From Ginkgo biloba (taxonomy: Eukaryota > Plantae > Ginkgophyta): a DNA stretch of 27,123 nt. Below the pieces are notes generated by a model, which made no database searches, was not told the DNA's origin, and saw nothing but the letters and a program-made list of their open reading frames with translations. The position numbers and the translations under genes were made by a program. Below are positions 11,158 through 22,400 of the stretch, piece after piece. Where the stretch lies: contig JANKJI020000004.1 in assembly GCA_024626585.2 (NCBI GenBank), positions 3,065,336-3,092,458 of the forward strand, in the 5' to 3' direction. Within the stretch, counting starts at the first letter, position 1; every line of letters starts with the position of its first letter.

Positions 11158-12104
11158 TTAATCCAAAAAATTGCTAAAACTTCTAAAAGGTATTGGTCAA
11201 CACTTTGACCATAGGAAATTCAGATTAAACCTAATGTCTATTGTAAACTCACATTACAATATGAATTTTCACATATGCATCAGTAAACTCTATGCTTGTC
11301 ATGATGTTCAATATTTCCTTTTATGCTTGTTTTTTTAAAATATGCTATATAAAAGAATTTAGGTATTTGGCAAACTTTATAGCAAAAATTTTCAACTTTA
11401 CTGAATTTTGCTCACCAAACTCAAACTCGGTTACTTAGTTTAACACTGAAGGACTTTGACAATTGCTGTTCTAGATATAAATTTGAGACAGAACAGAAAC
11501 TAGGGGGTCTAAATATAAAATTGCAGTTCTTCCCTTGTCAATTAAAAGCAGATGATATTTACAATTATGAGGCCTGCCATGATCTTCAAGTCTTATGTAG
11601 CATTATTTCCCTGCAGTTGAAGTGAAGCCGACTTTTCCAGAGAAGTATGAAATATAAAAGAAACTAAATGTAGAGTTTGTGGTTTGTGAGATTTTGCACC
11701 CAGCCCCAACACATGCAAGAAAAAGGACTCCATCAAATGAAATTAATGTAGGCAGAGAAATTCTTGTAAATAATCAGGAAGCACCAATTGAAATATAAAA
11801 TCCGTCAAGAAGCACACACAAGCAGGAAGGCTTAGCCCCACCTCAAAGGAACATAAGGTTGGCACAAGCCGCTTGTGGAGGGCCAAGTAAAGCTTTTTGG
11901 TCCTTTGTCAATTTATTTAGCTAGGAAAAGATTTGGTAGAGGGAAGATCAAAGGGCACTGCAAAGTGAAAATTAAGCTTGCAATAGCCACAACATATATG
12001 ATTCTTGAGAAAGAAATGCAATCTAGACTAGCCTTTTTAAATTGCTCTTCCAGTAATACAAAGACATTTTTTTTTTGGACAAACACTGTTTTTATAGAAA
12101 AATA

Positions 12105-12943
12105 TATTACAATTTGTAAACACATGGTCTGAATGGACCACTCATTTTCCCTATATACNNNNNNNNNNNNNNNNNNNNNNNNNNNNNNNNNNNNNNNNNN
12201 NNNNNNNNNNNNNNNNNNNNNNNNNNNNNNNNNNNNNNNNNNNNNNNNNNNNNNNNNNATGGATTAAATATTTTAATTATCCATATATTAATATCATTCC
12301 ATGATAATAGTAGAATACCCATAAAATAGTCTACCATGAAATATGATTTTCAATGATTTAGTGAAAATATATCATAATATGGCCATGATAATAGATTATA
12401 AAGAGACTACCATAATTATTCTTCACGGTTAATAAAATTATCCATAAAATATCAAATTACATATGATGATCACATCTAAGGATCCAATGTCAGTATATAT
12501 TCAAAATGAGCCTCCTTAGTATAACCTTTATCCTAGTTCCAAGTTGAATTTAACACACCTTTTAGAGTATATTGTGGCTACCCTTACAAACATGAACCCA
12601 CCAGTTAAATACATAGGCCTACACATTTATCCATTATTATATACATATGTTATGTTGCACAATAGTCTTCTTGCTAAATATTCTCTTTGTGACTCAAAAT
12701 CCTACTCTATTCCAAATATTTCCTATTTAGATCAATGCATATAGACGGTAAGAACATATATTCCCATAGTTTAATAGGTTTTATAAAATTCTTAAGCTTC
12801 TGCTTAGAACAAGATCTAGTAAAAAGTCCTATGAAAGATACAAAATTACTTGGTGGTAATTTTTCTAATTATTACTCATCACAAATTCTTATTACAATTT
12901 GTAAACACATGGTCTGAATGGACCACTCATTTTCCCTATATAC
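12105..12943. repeat. Exact 54-bp direct repeat (12105-12158 and 12890-12943)
   Basis: TATTACAATTTGTAAACACATGGTCTGAATGGACCACTCATTTTCCCTATATAC occurs twice. The first copy abuts a 100-N gap. Confidence 0.92.
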
Positions 12944-13079
12944 TTCCTTTATTACAACAATGGTGTCAAGAAGAGATTCCAAACCAGACTCGAAAGAATA
13001 TTTTTGCTTTTCTGAGGTGCTTCACGTTACAATCTACTAACCAAAGATGGGGATCCCTTGTCACAAGGGCTACTTTCTC

Positions 13080-13232
13080 CTATTCTTGTGCAGATGAATC
13101 AAACAGTTCAAGGCTCCTGTGAGATGATCCCGAGTCCTCAGACAATCTCTTTTTGCTTAGGGTCGCCCTCTGCATTAAACGAACAAGAGCCTGTACAACC
13201 TCTGATATAGGAGGCCTAAATTCAGGCTCCGG
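13080..13232 (-). CDS. SRF: SRF terminal coding exon
   Basis: gccAG|CCG acceptor at 13233. Encodes [23 protein letters not shown]...SAQE*. Confidence 0.9.
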   Translation of the reverse strand, partial: PEPEFRPPISEVVQALVRLMQRATLSKKRLSEDSGSSHRSLELFDSSAQE

Positions 13233-14615
13233 CTGGCAACCAGTAAGACACATCAGACGATATCCACTAGATTGCATTTTAGAGCAAATCCTGTCATTAA
13301 TGAGTTAAAGCAATATGAAGCAGAATTGAGTGAAGAAGAAATTATCACCTGGACACACAAAGAAATAATGTCAGCAAACCGTGAAAGAGATTGCAGGATA
13401 AATTCCATTCAAAGAAGGGTCGACCATCTTGGACAATGCATCAATATCATGAAGCTGGGGAGTTGCCCATCTCACCAAGGACTGCTCTGACCTTGGCCTC
13501 GAGCTGTTGCATACAGCATCAGATAAGTGTGAGTTGTCCAATCCTAATCCAATGATACATGATCTTTGTCCAGATATATCTAATAAAGAATACTACACAT
13601 ANNNNNNNNNNNNNNNNNNNNNNNNNNNNNNNNNNNNNNNNNNNNNNNNNNNNNNNNNNNNNNNNNNNNNNNNNNNNNNNNNNNNNNNNNNNNNNNNNNN
13701 NNNNNNNNNNNNNNNNNNNNNNNNNNNNNNNNNNNNNNNNNNNNNNNNNNNNNNNNNNNNNNNNNNNNNNNNNNNNNNNNNNNNNNNNNNNNNNNNNNNN
13801 NNNNNNNNNNNNNNNNNNNNNNNNNNNNNNNNNNNNNNNNNNNNNNNNNNNNNNNNNNNNNNNNNNNNNNNNNNNNNNNNNNNNNNNNNNNNNNNNNNNN
13901 NNNNNNNACTCCAGACATTGCGAACTCAGGAGCACTGTAACCAAATGATCCTAGCATGTGAGCTGAAATCTGTGAGTAAAACAGGATGTTCCAGTGATGT
14001 CAACATCTGGTTAATTATAAAAGAACCAAGGAATATAGAAATTACAGAAGTAACCAGCCAATTAGTTTCTTAGTTACCTGACTTTGAGAACCAAATGATG
14101 TAAGGGCTGCCAAACCACAGTCTGACAGATGTGGACCAAGCTCATCATCCAGGAGAATATTTGCTGACTTGAAGTTTCGGTGAACTACAGCAGGTTGGCA
14201 GACTTCATGCAAATATCTACATTGGACAAATAAACTGTCAGATGCATGCATCCCTGCTGCTCTATCCTGAACACAATGATATAATAACAAATGTCTGAAA
14301 TCTTCCCCCTACCATCAGTGCAATAAATCTTTATTCAACTTACTCAAGAGCCCTTGCTGCTCCTAGTGCATTCTTCACACGACCATTCCAAGACAGTTTC
14401 TTGCTAAGCTCATCACCTGAATGGAGTGCGTCATGAAGTGTTCCATTACTTATGTATTCATAAACAAGTAAACGCTGGCCATGTTCAACACAATAACCAA
14501 CAAGCTCAGTAATATTGCTATGCCGAAGCCTTGATATGTTTGAGACCACATCCAAAAAATCATCATCCTGTTGAGACATTGAAGCTGAGGTATCCAGCTT
14601 CTTCACTGCCAACAA
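13080..14615 (-). CDS. SRF: STRUBBELIG-receptor family (LRR-V) receptor-like kinase, 3' kinase-domain exons only; apparent frameshift (possible pseudogene or assembly error)
   Basis: Five exons with GT-AG introns wherever the boundaries are visible: 14615-14344, 14216-14078, 13969-(13908, gap), 13503-13349, 13232-13080. Motifs: [128 protein letters not shown]. Resembles SRF8 and SRF3; exact ortholog not determined. Confidence 0.93.
13349..13503 (-). CDS. SRF: SRF penultimate exon with apparent 2-nt deletion near 13391
   Basis: cAG|CTCG acceptor at 13504 and CAG|GTGAT donor at 13348. Reads [37 protein letters not shown], then shifts frame to [14 protein letters not shown]. Confidence 0.88.
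13908..13969 (-). CDS. SRF: SRF kinase exon (subdomain VIII), truncated by gap
   Basis: ctcacAG|ATT acceptor at 13970. Encodes [20 protein letters not shown], then runs into the N gap 13602-13907. Confidence 0.88.
14078..14216 (-). CDS. SRF: SRF kinase exon (catalytic loop HRN, DCG)
   Basis: gtAG|A acceptor at 14217 and CAG|GTAACT donor at 14077. Encodes [46 protein letters not shown]. Confidence 0.92.
14344..14615 (-). CDS. SRF: SRF kinase exon (subdomains II-VIa)
   Basis: tgtAG|TTG acceptor at 14616 and GA|GTAAG donor at 14343. Encodes LLAVKKLD...LGAARALE. Confidence 0.92.
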
Positions 14616-16114
14616 CTACAATCAGAAAACACAATATGTCAGAGATAACACTGCAGAACAGACCAATGGGTGCAAAAACATATGCATCCATGTGTAGAAG
14701 GTACAAATAATGTATGGAGTGGCAAAAATGATTTTTAGATTTTTTATACAAGTAGTGTTGATGAGGCTAGTGCAGTTAGACTACCCATTTGCTGCCAAAA
14801 CAAAAACCATGAACATCAAATTTGACTCACAGTTCACCTTTTAATCTGTACTGTCAGAAATCTACAACCTCCCAAGTGCAGCTCAGACAAGTTATTGTCT
14901 GCATTTATTGGTACTGCCTGAGGACCACCTCAGACTGGCAAATAAATTAAGATAATTTTACTCTTAATTTATTTGCAGCTTCTCACTACTTTCTAGTAAG
15001 TACAGCTGGTAAGTCAGACCAACTNNNNNNNNNNNNNNNNNNNNNNNNNNNNNNNNNNNNNNNNNNNNNNNNNNNNNNNNNNNNNNNNNNNNNNNNNNNN
15101 NNNNNNNNNNNNNNNNNNNNNNNNNNNNNNNNNNNNNNNNNNNNNNNNNNNNNNNNNNNNNNNNNNNNNNNNNNNNNNNNNNNNNNNNNNNNNNNNNNNN
15201 NNNNNNNNNNNNNNNNNNNNNNNNNNNNNNNNNNNNNNNNNNNNNNNNNNNNNNNNNNNNNNNNNNNNNNNNNNNNNNNNNNNNNNNNNNNNNNNNNNNN
15301 NNNNNNNNNNNNNNNNNNNNNNNNNNNNNNNNNNNNNNNNNNNNNNNNNNNNNNNNNNNNNNNNNNNNNNNNNNNNNNNNNNNNNNNNNNNNNNNNNNNN
15401 NNNNNNNNNNNNNNNNNNNNNNNNNNNNNNNNNNNNNNNNNNNNNNNNNNNNNNNNNNNNNNNNNNNNNNNNNNNNNNNNNNNNNNNNNNNNNNNNNNNN
15501 NNNNNNNNNNNNNNNNNNNNNNNNNNNNNNNNNNNNNNNNNNNNNNNNNNNNNNNNNNNNNNNNNNNNNNNNNNNNNNNNNNNNNNNNNNNNNNNNNNNN
15601 NNNNNNNNNNNNNNNNNNNNNNNNNNNNNNNNNNNNNNNNNNNNNNNNNNNNNNNNNNNNNNNNNNNNNNNNNNNNNNNNNNNNNNNNNNNNNNNNNNNN
15701 NNNNNNNNNNNNNNNNNNNNNNNNNNNNNNNNNNNNNNNNNNNNNNNNNNNNNNNNNNNNNNNNNNNNNNNNNNNNNNNNNNNNNNNNNNNNNNNNNNNN
15801 NNNNNNNNNNNNNNNNNNNNNNNNNNNNNNNNNNNNNNNNNNNNNNNNNNNNNNNNNNNNNNNNNNNNNNNNNNNNNNNNNNNNNNNNNNNNNNNNNNNN
15901 NNNNNNNNNNNNNNNNNNNNNNNNNNNNNNNCCTGTCCTATGCCAAATGGTGTTAATTTCCTTTCTTTCCAATAACCTCTATTCTTTGTTAACAAGGAGT
16001 TCGCTCAACCAACAACTTCAGCAAAGTGGTATGAGTTTGCATGTTTGTATGAAATAAAAAAGGGGGTGCAAGTATAAACCCACCATGCTTATGCTCGTAT
16101 ATGAATATATATTT

Positions 16115-16350
16115 GCATGGGGGTAGCTCAAGGGAATTCAGGATAAGAACATGCACCAAGGGAGTCCAACAGGATACTGTGGCCAGCTTTGAAATGCATC
16201 TATCACAGAACAGTCATTCTATAGCTTTGAGCATTGGGGGAGTTCAATGGAATTCAGGATAAGAACATGCACTGGGGGAGTCTAATGGGATGCTATGGCC
16301 AGCTTTGAAATCCATCTATCACAGAAGAATCATTCTCTAGCTTCGGGGTT
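16115..16350. repeat. Two-copy tandem repeat, period 116 bp
   Basis: GGAATTCAGGATAAGAACATGCAC at 16133 and 16249. TGGCCAGCTTTGAAAT.CATCTATCACAGAA is present in both copies. Confidence 0.9.
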
Positions 16351-17084
16351 GCTCTAGGCACTGTCTCGGATATATACTACTCGCCTGTATGAATTAATCC
16401 CATTGATCACTTTTTGGTCATTATTTGATATTAACATAATCACATTTTTATTTCTAAAGGGTTGGAGGTGGCTGCTATTAAACCTTCTGCAGAGAGGTTG
16501 CATTGCATTAGAACAATACCTCGTTGATGATCTTATACGTCTGGACACTGCACCATTGGGTGCTACCCTACTCATGTAAGCTTGCATGGGGAGGAATTTG
16601 CTAACAAAAAAGACCAGATGCAACTTGTGGATTATTCTGTCAACCATGAGTATAGGGCCTAGACCCATGAGGATGTTTTTCCGAGGCCTCACAATGGAGG
16701 AAGATATACCTACCTATGTATTGACTCCTACAGCCAACCAACCTAAACCTAGATCCTGTAGTAAAATCCTGCGGTAGATTATTTATATGCATGTGTCGTT
16801 TATATTCAAACACACACGTGGTTGAGTGATGACTGATTGCAGGGTACAAGTGAAATTCTGTTATATAAAAGTCATGGAAACTGAGGATGATCCATAGTCC
16901 AATTGAAATTTGCATATCTGACCAGAATTCAGGGACAACTCCTTTATGACAAGGAAAATTCTTCTGTTGGAGCGATTCAAGGAAAGTGCTCATGTGCGTC
17001 CTCCAGAAAACTAACTTTTGAAAAGGAAATTAATCCAATATGTCGTAGAAGCAAAGAAAAGAAAAACTTGAATTAGAGGGGTCA

Positions 17085-17362
17085 TGAGGAAATCTAGAAA
17101 GCTTCAAGGTTTGCAATCTCAAGGTTTAATGCAAGGCCCTGACAGTTTGTCATTTAAATATCAATTAATTCCTTTATCTAGCACCACTCAAGTCATATGC
17201 CTAGGTCTAGGTTCCTTCAATGAGTCCCGTTTAATAACAGAGTCATGCACCCAGGTATTTGAAGTCCACTCTAGAGATTCAAACAACCACAAGTGCTCAA
17301 TCTTGGCAATGAAAGATATTACGGATAACTTAGCCCTGATCACCCCCCCCCCCAAAAAAAAA
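17085..17362 (-). mobile_element. Polypurine tract plus start of a 3' LTR (minus orientation)
   Basis: Minus strand reads T9-G11 (G run at 17353-17343) immediately followed by TGATCAGGG, a PPT|TG junction. A candidate ..TTCCTCA end lies at about 17085; this left boundary is uncertain. Confidence 0.5.
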
Positions 17363-17709
17363 GGATACAACCCTAACCTTGATTCATCACTATAAAGGTA
17401 TTCACCCTTGCTATTGTTCCCACTCCTTCACAAACCGCAATCCCACATTGAACCTTGGCAGCATTTATATCCCCTACCAGTTGAATAAACATAACTTTAC
17501 GAGTATCCAATATAACCAGATAATGCCACCCATGATACTTTAATATCGTACACAAGAGACCCAAATACCATGATGGTACATATGCTAATAGGCCACACAG
17601 GGTTCCATANNNNNNNNNNNNNNNNNNNNNNNNNNNNNNNNNNNNNNNNNNNNNNNNNNNNNNNNNNNNNNNNNNNNNNNNNNNNNNNNNNNNNNNNNNN
17701 NNNNNNNNN

Positions 17710-18120
17710 GAAAGGTTTAGCAAGATGGTTGTCCTCATACCCTGCAAGAAGTCAATTACAGGGAAACAAGCGATAAAAATGTTCTTTGGACCTGTGGGTA
17801 CATTTTGGGTTGACTACATCCATCATCTCAAATAGAGGTAGCAGGTTCCTCAATCATTTTTTGTGTTCTTTATGGGTACTTATGGATACTAGATTGAAGC
17901 AGAGAACAAATTTTCACCTGCAGACTGATAAATAGTCAGAAGTTGTCAACATGGTGGTGGTTTAACTCTTAAGGATGTACAATCATAGGCATCCCAAGGC
18001 ATGGTATGGAAGTATCCCATACATTAAACATTACTATAATATAGATATTCATATCTCAACTTAAGTTTTCCCTTTGAAATATTATTTAGGATTCTTATCT
18101 AATGATCTTATGGACATAAA
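17710..18120 (+). mobile_element. Degenerate Ty3/Gypsy integrase core fragment
   Basis: RFSKMVVLIPCKKSIT, frameshift, then WVHFGLTTSIISNRGSRFLNHF, TRLKQRTNFHLQTDK*SEVVN, HPKAW, YYNIDIHIST. This matches the canonical FGLP.SIISDRD.RF / STAFHPQTDGQ.EVVN pattern. Confidence 0.88.
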
Positions 18121-18199
18121 TAATACTATACTAGAATCTAGTTTAACTAAGGCGGATGCTGGTAGCAATATGTAGTAAAATTATTTGAACATATAAAAT

Positions 18200-19420
18200 A
18201 ACAATGAAGGTAGTGAAGAGCATATCATTACATGTATTCCTCTATAAACTCATATCTTCTGCTATTTCCATTCCCATATTGAAGGATTCCCCAGACGTTT
18301 CTTTTAGAAAAGCCTCCTTACAAGCATAGTTCTTGGTCTCCATGTTCTATCTTGCAATTGTGATGTTCTCAAGCTCAAAATCTTCTGTATGATGCACGTC
18401 CTTCCTGGCTTCCACCTGTTCTTCCATATGGTAAATGATATTGCATATGAGTTTTGATAGGATCTTTTTGGCATGTTTGATTGGATCTATTCTCTCCATG
18501 TGATCTCTAACATTGGCAGATTCCATCCTTGACATTCAAATGTTCTCGGGCTCAAAAGCTTTTGTATTGTGCAGGTCCATCCTGGCTTCCACCAGTTCTT
18601 CCGTATGGTAATTGATATTAAGCACAGGCTCCAATAGGATCTTCCTGGCATAATTTTCTTGGATCCATTCTCTCGACATGGTCTCTTATGCTGGCAAGTA
18701 CTTCATCTCCAACTTCAGCAGTGTTTTGGATCGTGATAGTATTCAAGTCAACCATTCTTTTGATCATGTTTGTCATCTCTCGAAAGAAGGTTTTTGTATC
18801 TCTTCATAAGTCTTGTGCATCCTTATGGTTCCATGCTAAGTTATCATAGTAATTCATGTGTAGGATTGTGAATGCCATTGCATTGTATGCTAGAAAATGC
18901 TTAACCTCTGTCATGTGCTCAAGGATTGATTGTATATTCTTCTTAGTGATACCAAACTAAATCCTTGTCCCTAGCATCAATTCTTCATTTTCCTCTGCTT
19001 GCATGGCCTTTTCAGCTAGATAGTCAACATCCATTATTAGAATGACATTGTCTTTGCTCAGTGGAACCATAAGCTTCTTGATGGGCTCTGGTAGCAAATT
19101 GTATACATTCTTGTGATCCAAGATATCCTCATTCAATGGCATGGAGAAAGTGTGTGCTACACTTGGGATCGAAGATAGGGGAGATTTAGTCACGAACTTC
19201 AGCTACAAGATTGACATCTGGCACAAAATCCATCATGATAGATATGTTTGTGAGGCAGGCTACTAGGATGTGTCAACTGTGCTCTCTAATAGCCCCTTGG
19301 TCATAATGGGGATAACTCCCTAGTTTCCCATGTAGCTGATTTCTTCCGCATAGCTTCTAAATTTACATCAATGTTGTCACCTCTTCTTGGGATGGTGATT
19401 TACCCCATATCATATGCACA
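18200..19420 (-). pseudogene. Decayed unknown ORF, probably a retrotransposon accessory ORF
   Basis: Long, nearly open minus-strand frame (18957-19193 continuing through stops to 18347-18535) with an in-frame internal duplication. CpG-depleted. No domain recognised. Confidence 0.4.
18363..18700. repeat. Two-copy diverged tandem repeat, period 177 bp (59 codons)
   Basis: ATGTTCTC..GCTCAAAA at 18363 and 18540. TCCTGGCTTCCACC.GTTCTTCC.TATGGTAA is present in both copies. Confidence 0.85.
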
Positions 19421-22400
19421 TNNNNNNNNNNNNNNNNNNNNNNNNNNNNNNNNNNNNNNNNNNNNNNNNNNNNNNNNNNNNNNNNNNNNNNNNNNNNNNN
19501 NNNNNNNNNNNNNNNNNNNNNNNNNNNNNNNNNNNNNNNNNNNNNNNNNNNNNNNNNNNNNNNNNNNNNNNNNNNNNNNNNNNNNNNNNNNNNNNNNNNN
19601 NNNNNNNNNNNNNNNNNNNNNNNNNNNNNNNNNNNNNNNNNNNNNNNNNNNNNNNNNNNNNNNNNNNNNNNNNNNNNNNNNNNNNNNNNNNNNNNNNNNN
19701 NNNNNNNNNNNNNNNNNNNNNNNNNNNNNNNNNNNNNNNNNNNNNNNNNNNNNNNNNNNNNNNNNNNNNNNNNNNNNNNNNNNNNNNNNNNNNNNNNNNN
19801 NNNNNNNNNNNNNNNNNNNNNNNNNNNNNNNNNNNNNNNNNNNNNNNNNNNNNNNNNNNNNNNNNNNNNNNNNNNNNNNNNNNNNNNNNNNNNNNNNNNN
19901 NNNNNNNNNNNNNNNNNNNNNNNNNNNNNNNNNNNNNNNNNNNNNNNNNNNNNNNNNNNNNNNNNNNNNNNNNNNNNNNNNNNNNNNNNNNNNNNNNNNN
20001 NNNNNNNNNNNNNNNNNNNNNNNNNNNNNNNNNNNNNNNNNNNNNNNNNNNNNNNNNNNNNNNNNNNNNNNNNNNNNNNNNNNNNNNNNNNNNNNNNNNN
20101 NNNNNNNNNNNNNNNNNNNNNNNNNNNNNNNNNNNNNNNNNNNNNNNNNNNNNNNNNNNNNNNNNNNNNNNNNNNNNNNNNNNNNNNNNNNNNNNNNNNN
20201 NNNNNNNNNNNNNNNNNNNNNNNNNNNNNNNNNNNNNNNNNNNNNNNNNNNNNNNNNNNNNNNNNNNNNNNNNNNNNNNNNNNNNNNNNNNNNNNNNNNN
20301 NNNNNNNNNNNNNNNNNNNNNNNNNNNNNNNNNNNNNNNNNNNNNNNNNNNNNNNNNNNNNNNNNNNNNNNNAGGCACTCTTGAGATTCTCACGGAAGGG
20401 TCCTTTAATATCTTGTTGGTTGCCAATAATAATAATCATTGGATATGGTTGGGGGGTTTGCTAGTTAATGTTTTAACTTTTTCTACTTGCTTCACATTTG
20501 CTACCTTTATAGTTACCCATATGAGTGTACAAGGGAAGATAACCCCACCTCCCTCAGCGTACGGAACCCATAAGGTATACCAAATGTTACACCTTTGGGT
20601 GGTTCCACTTAGTAATTGCACAAGTAATAATGTTTCACAATCAACCATAGTTCAAATCACTTGGAATTGCTCCCTATTGTCCATATATGGACTTTGGTCA
20701 TCATCTCTCACCCCTATTATCCACCTCCTTAAACATGAATTTGTCATTAATTCTTCGTGTCTCTTTATAACATGCTCTGGACTAATGCTATATATTTGAT
20801 TTCAACGGGTAATTCGCAAATCCGATTATTCTCTTATCTTAATAGATCTTCAAAATGTGAACAATATGCTGCCATCATGCAAGGATGAGAAAATTCACCA
20901 CAATGGTTAAATTGCTGAGTGGATTTTCATACGATGTAGAATGATGTTTCACTCCATCCAATATAATGGTTATCCAGACAAATCAAATAGATGCTTCCAA
21001 TATCAACAGAAAACGTAAATGATCATGTGTTTATGCTTGACATGCTATAAAGCATTTACAACCTAAATTCAATCACAACAACTGTAATGTGATTGATGAT
21101 CATTAGAACCAGACCCAACAGACTCCTCCCATTTACAATCTGATGAGCAGTTACAATCTAAATCAATATGAAAACCACAATGTAGCTCATTGAGAGAACT
21201 GCGATAAAAGCACATTTGTCAATTAGTGAATTGCAATAACTGTCATTAGGTATACAAGAGATATATTAAGTTTGACATGCAAGAAAAAATATGCTTAGTT
21301 TTAGATAACATTTTTTATGGGAATGGTGAAATCAATATCATTCTCATTCCAAGACTTGTTATAAATTTAAAGGTTAAGTAGTAAAGACTCAAACTATTAC
21401 ATTGATCCTCCTGTGATAAGAGAAACTTCAATCAAGTGCAAAATGAAGATTGCAACTATCTTCTNNNNNNNNNNNNNNNNNNNNNNNNNNNNNNNNNNNN
21501 NNNNNNNNNNNNNNNNNNNNNNNNNNNNNNNNNNNNAGGGTTGATAGGGATTATCATATATTCCTTTTGAACCCTATTGTTGCTTCTTCCAAATCCTTCC
21601 CTAAACCTCAATTCTTTAACTTCATATGTATATCTTATCATCATAATTTCAGTTTATACATCACAACCAACTTTGTAAGGATTCTCTTTTCAAGGAAAAT
21701 TAACCTATTTTATGTAATAATTTATGATTTGATTAATCATGTGAACTTGGGAATCTCTTTCTCTTGCATAAATATGATATTATAATTCTTTGCTCTATAG
21801 TTATGGAATTGTCACATGCCTGGATGCCACATCAGATGTAACAACTTTAATTATCTTAATAAAATATTTTATGCTCTACATCTCTAAATCTGTGTACTTG
21901 GATTTTGCAAACTTATATATTTATATGCATGTTCCTTTATCATTGGTTGAATTGACAAGAGACGATGTACTAGATCTTCATCAAGGATTTCCATTTGGTT
22001 TCTTACATGCTTTATCTTCATGATAAATGTTTGATTGATGTTTCTAAATTTGAAATCACTTCATGAACCTATAGAATTTTCTATAAATAGACATGCATTA
22101 GGGATGAAATGGGATGAGAAAGGGATGTATTTCATATACAATGGAAATGAAGAGTGTGAATATGGATGATATGGGGNNNNNNNNNNNNNNNNNNNNNNNN
22201 NNNNNNNNNNNNNNNNNNNNNNNNNNNNNNNNNNNNNNNNNNNNNNNNNNNNNNNNNNNNNNNNNNNNNNNNNNNNAAATGTAAGCTATCCTTCTTTCAA
22301 GACAATAGCTTTCTTTTAGTGCTCTGATTTCAGTCCCATTTTAAGGGATCACAGCTTTGTAATTTGTGGACAGTAGCTCCACTTCTTCATTTCTTTTTAA

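Noticed and set aside
11863-11877. Short palindromes (CACAAGC-C-GCTTGTG; also CATTGC-GGT-GCAATG near 3144)
   Set aside because: Lengths expected by chance in 27 kb, with no supporting context.
5747-14615. Functional cluster of SRF kinase and the acylated protein
   Set aside because: Both are plausibly plasma-membrane proteins, but adjacency crosses three unsized gaps, and neighbourhood alone is not evidence in plants.
16115-16350. CRISPR array or box C/D snoRNA pair
   Set aside because: Only two units, with homologous 'spacers', in a eukaryotic context. CTGA is present but there is no proper RTGATGA C box.
21040-21210. Cys-containing frame after an acceptor-like site as an SRF extracellular exon
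   Set aside because: No match to SUB-domain (DPC..W.G..C) or LRR consensus, and the frame ends in a stop.
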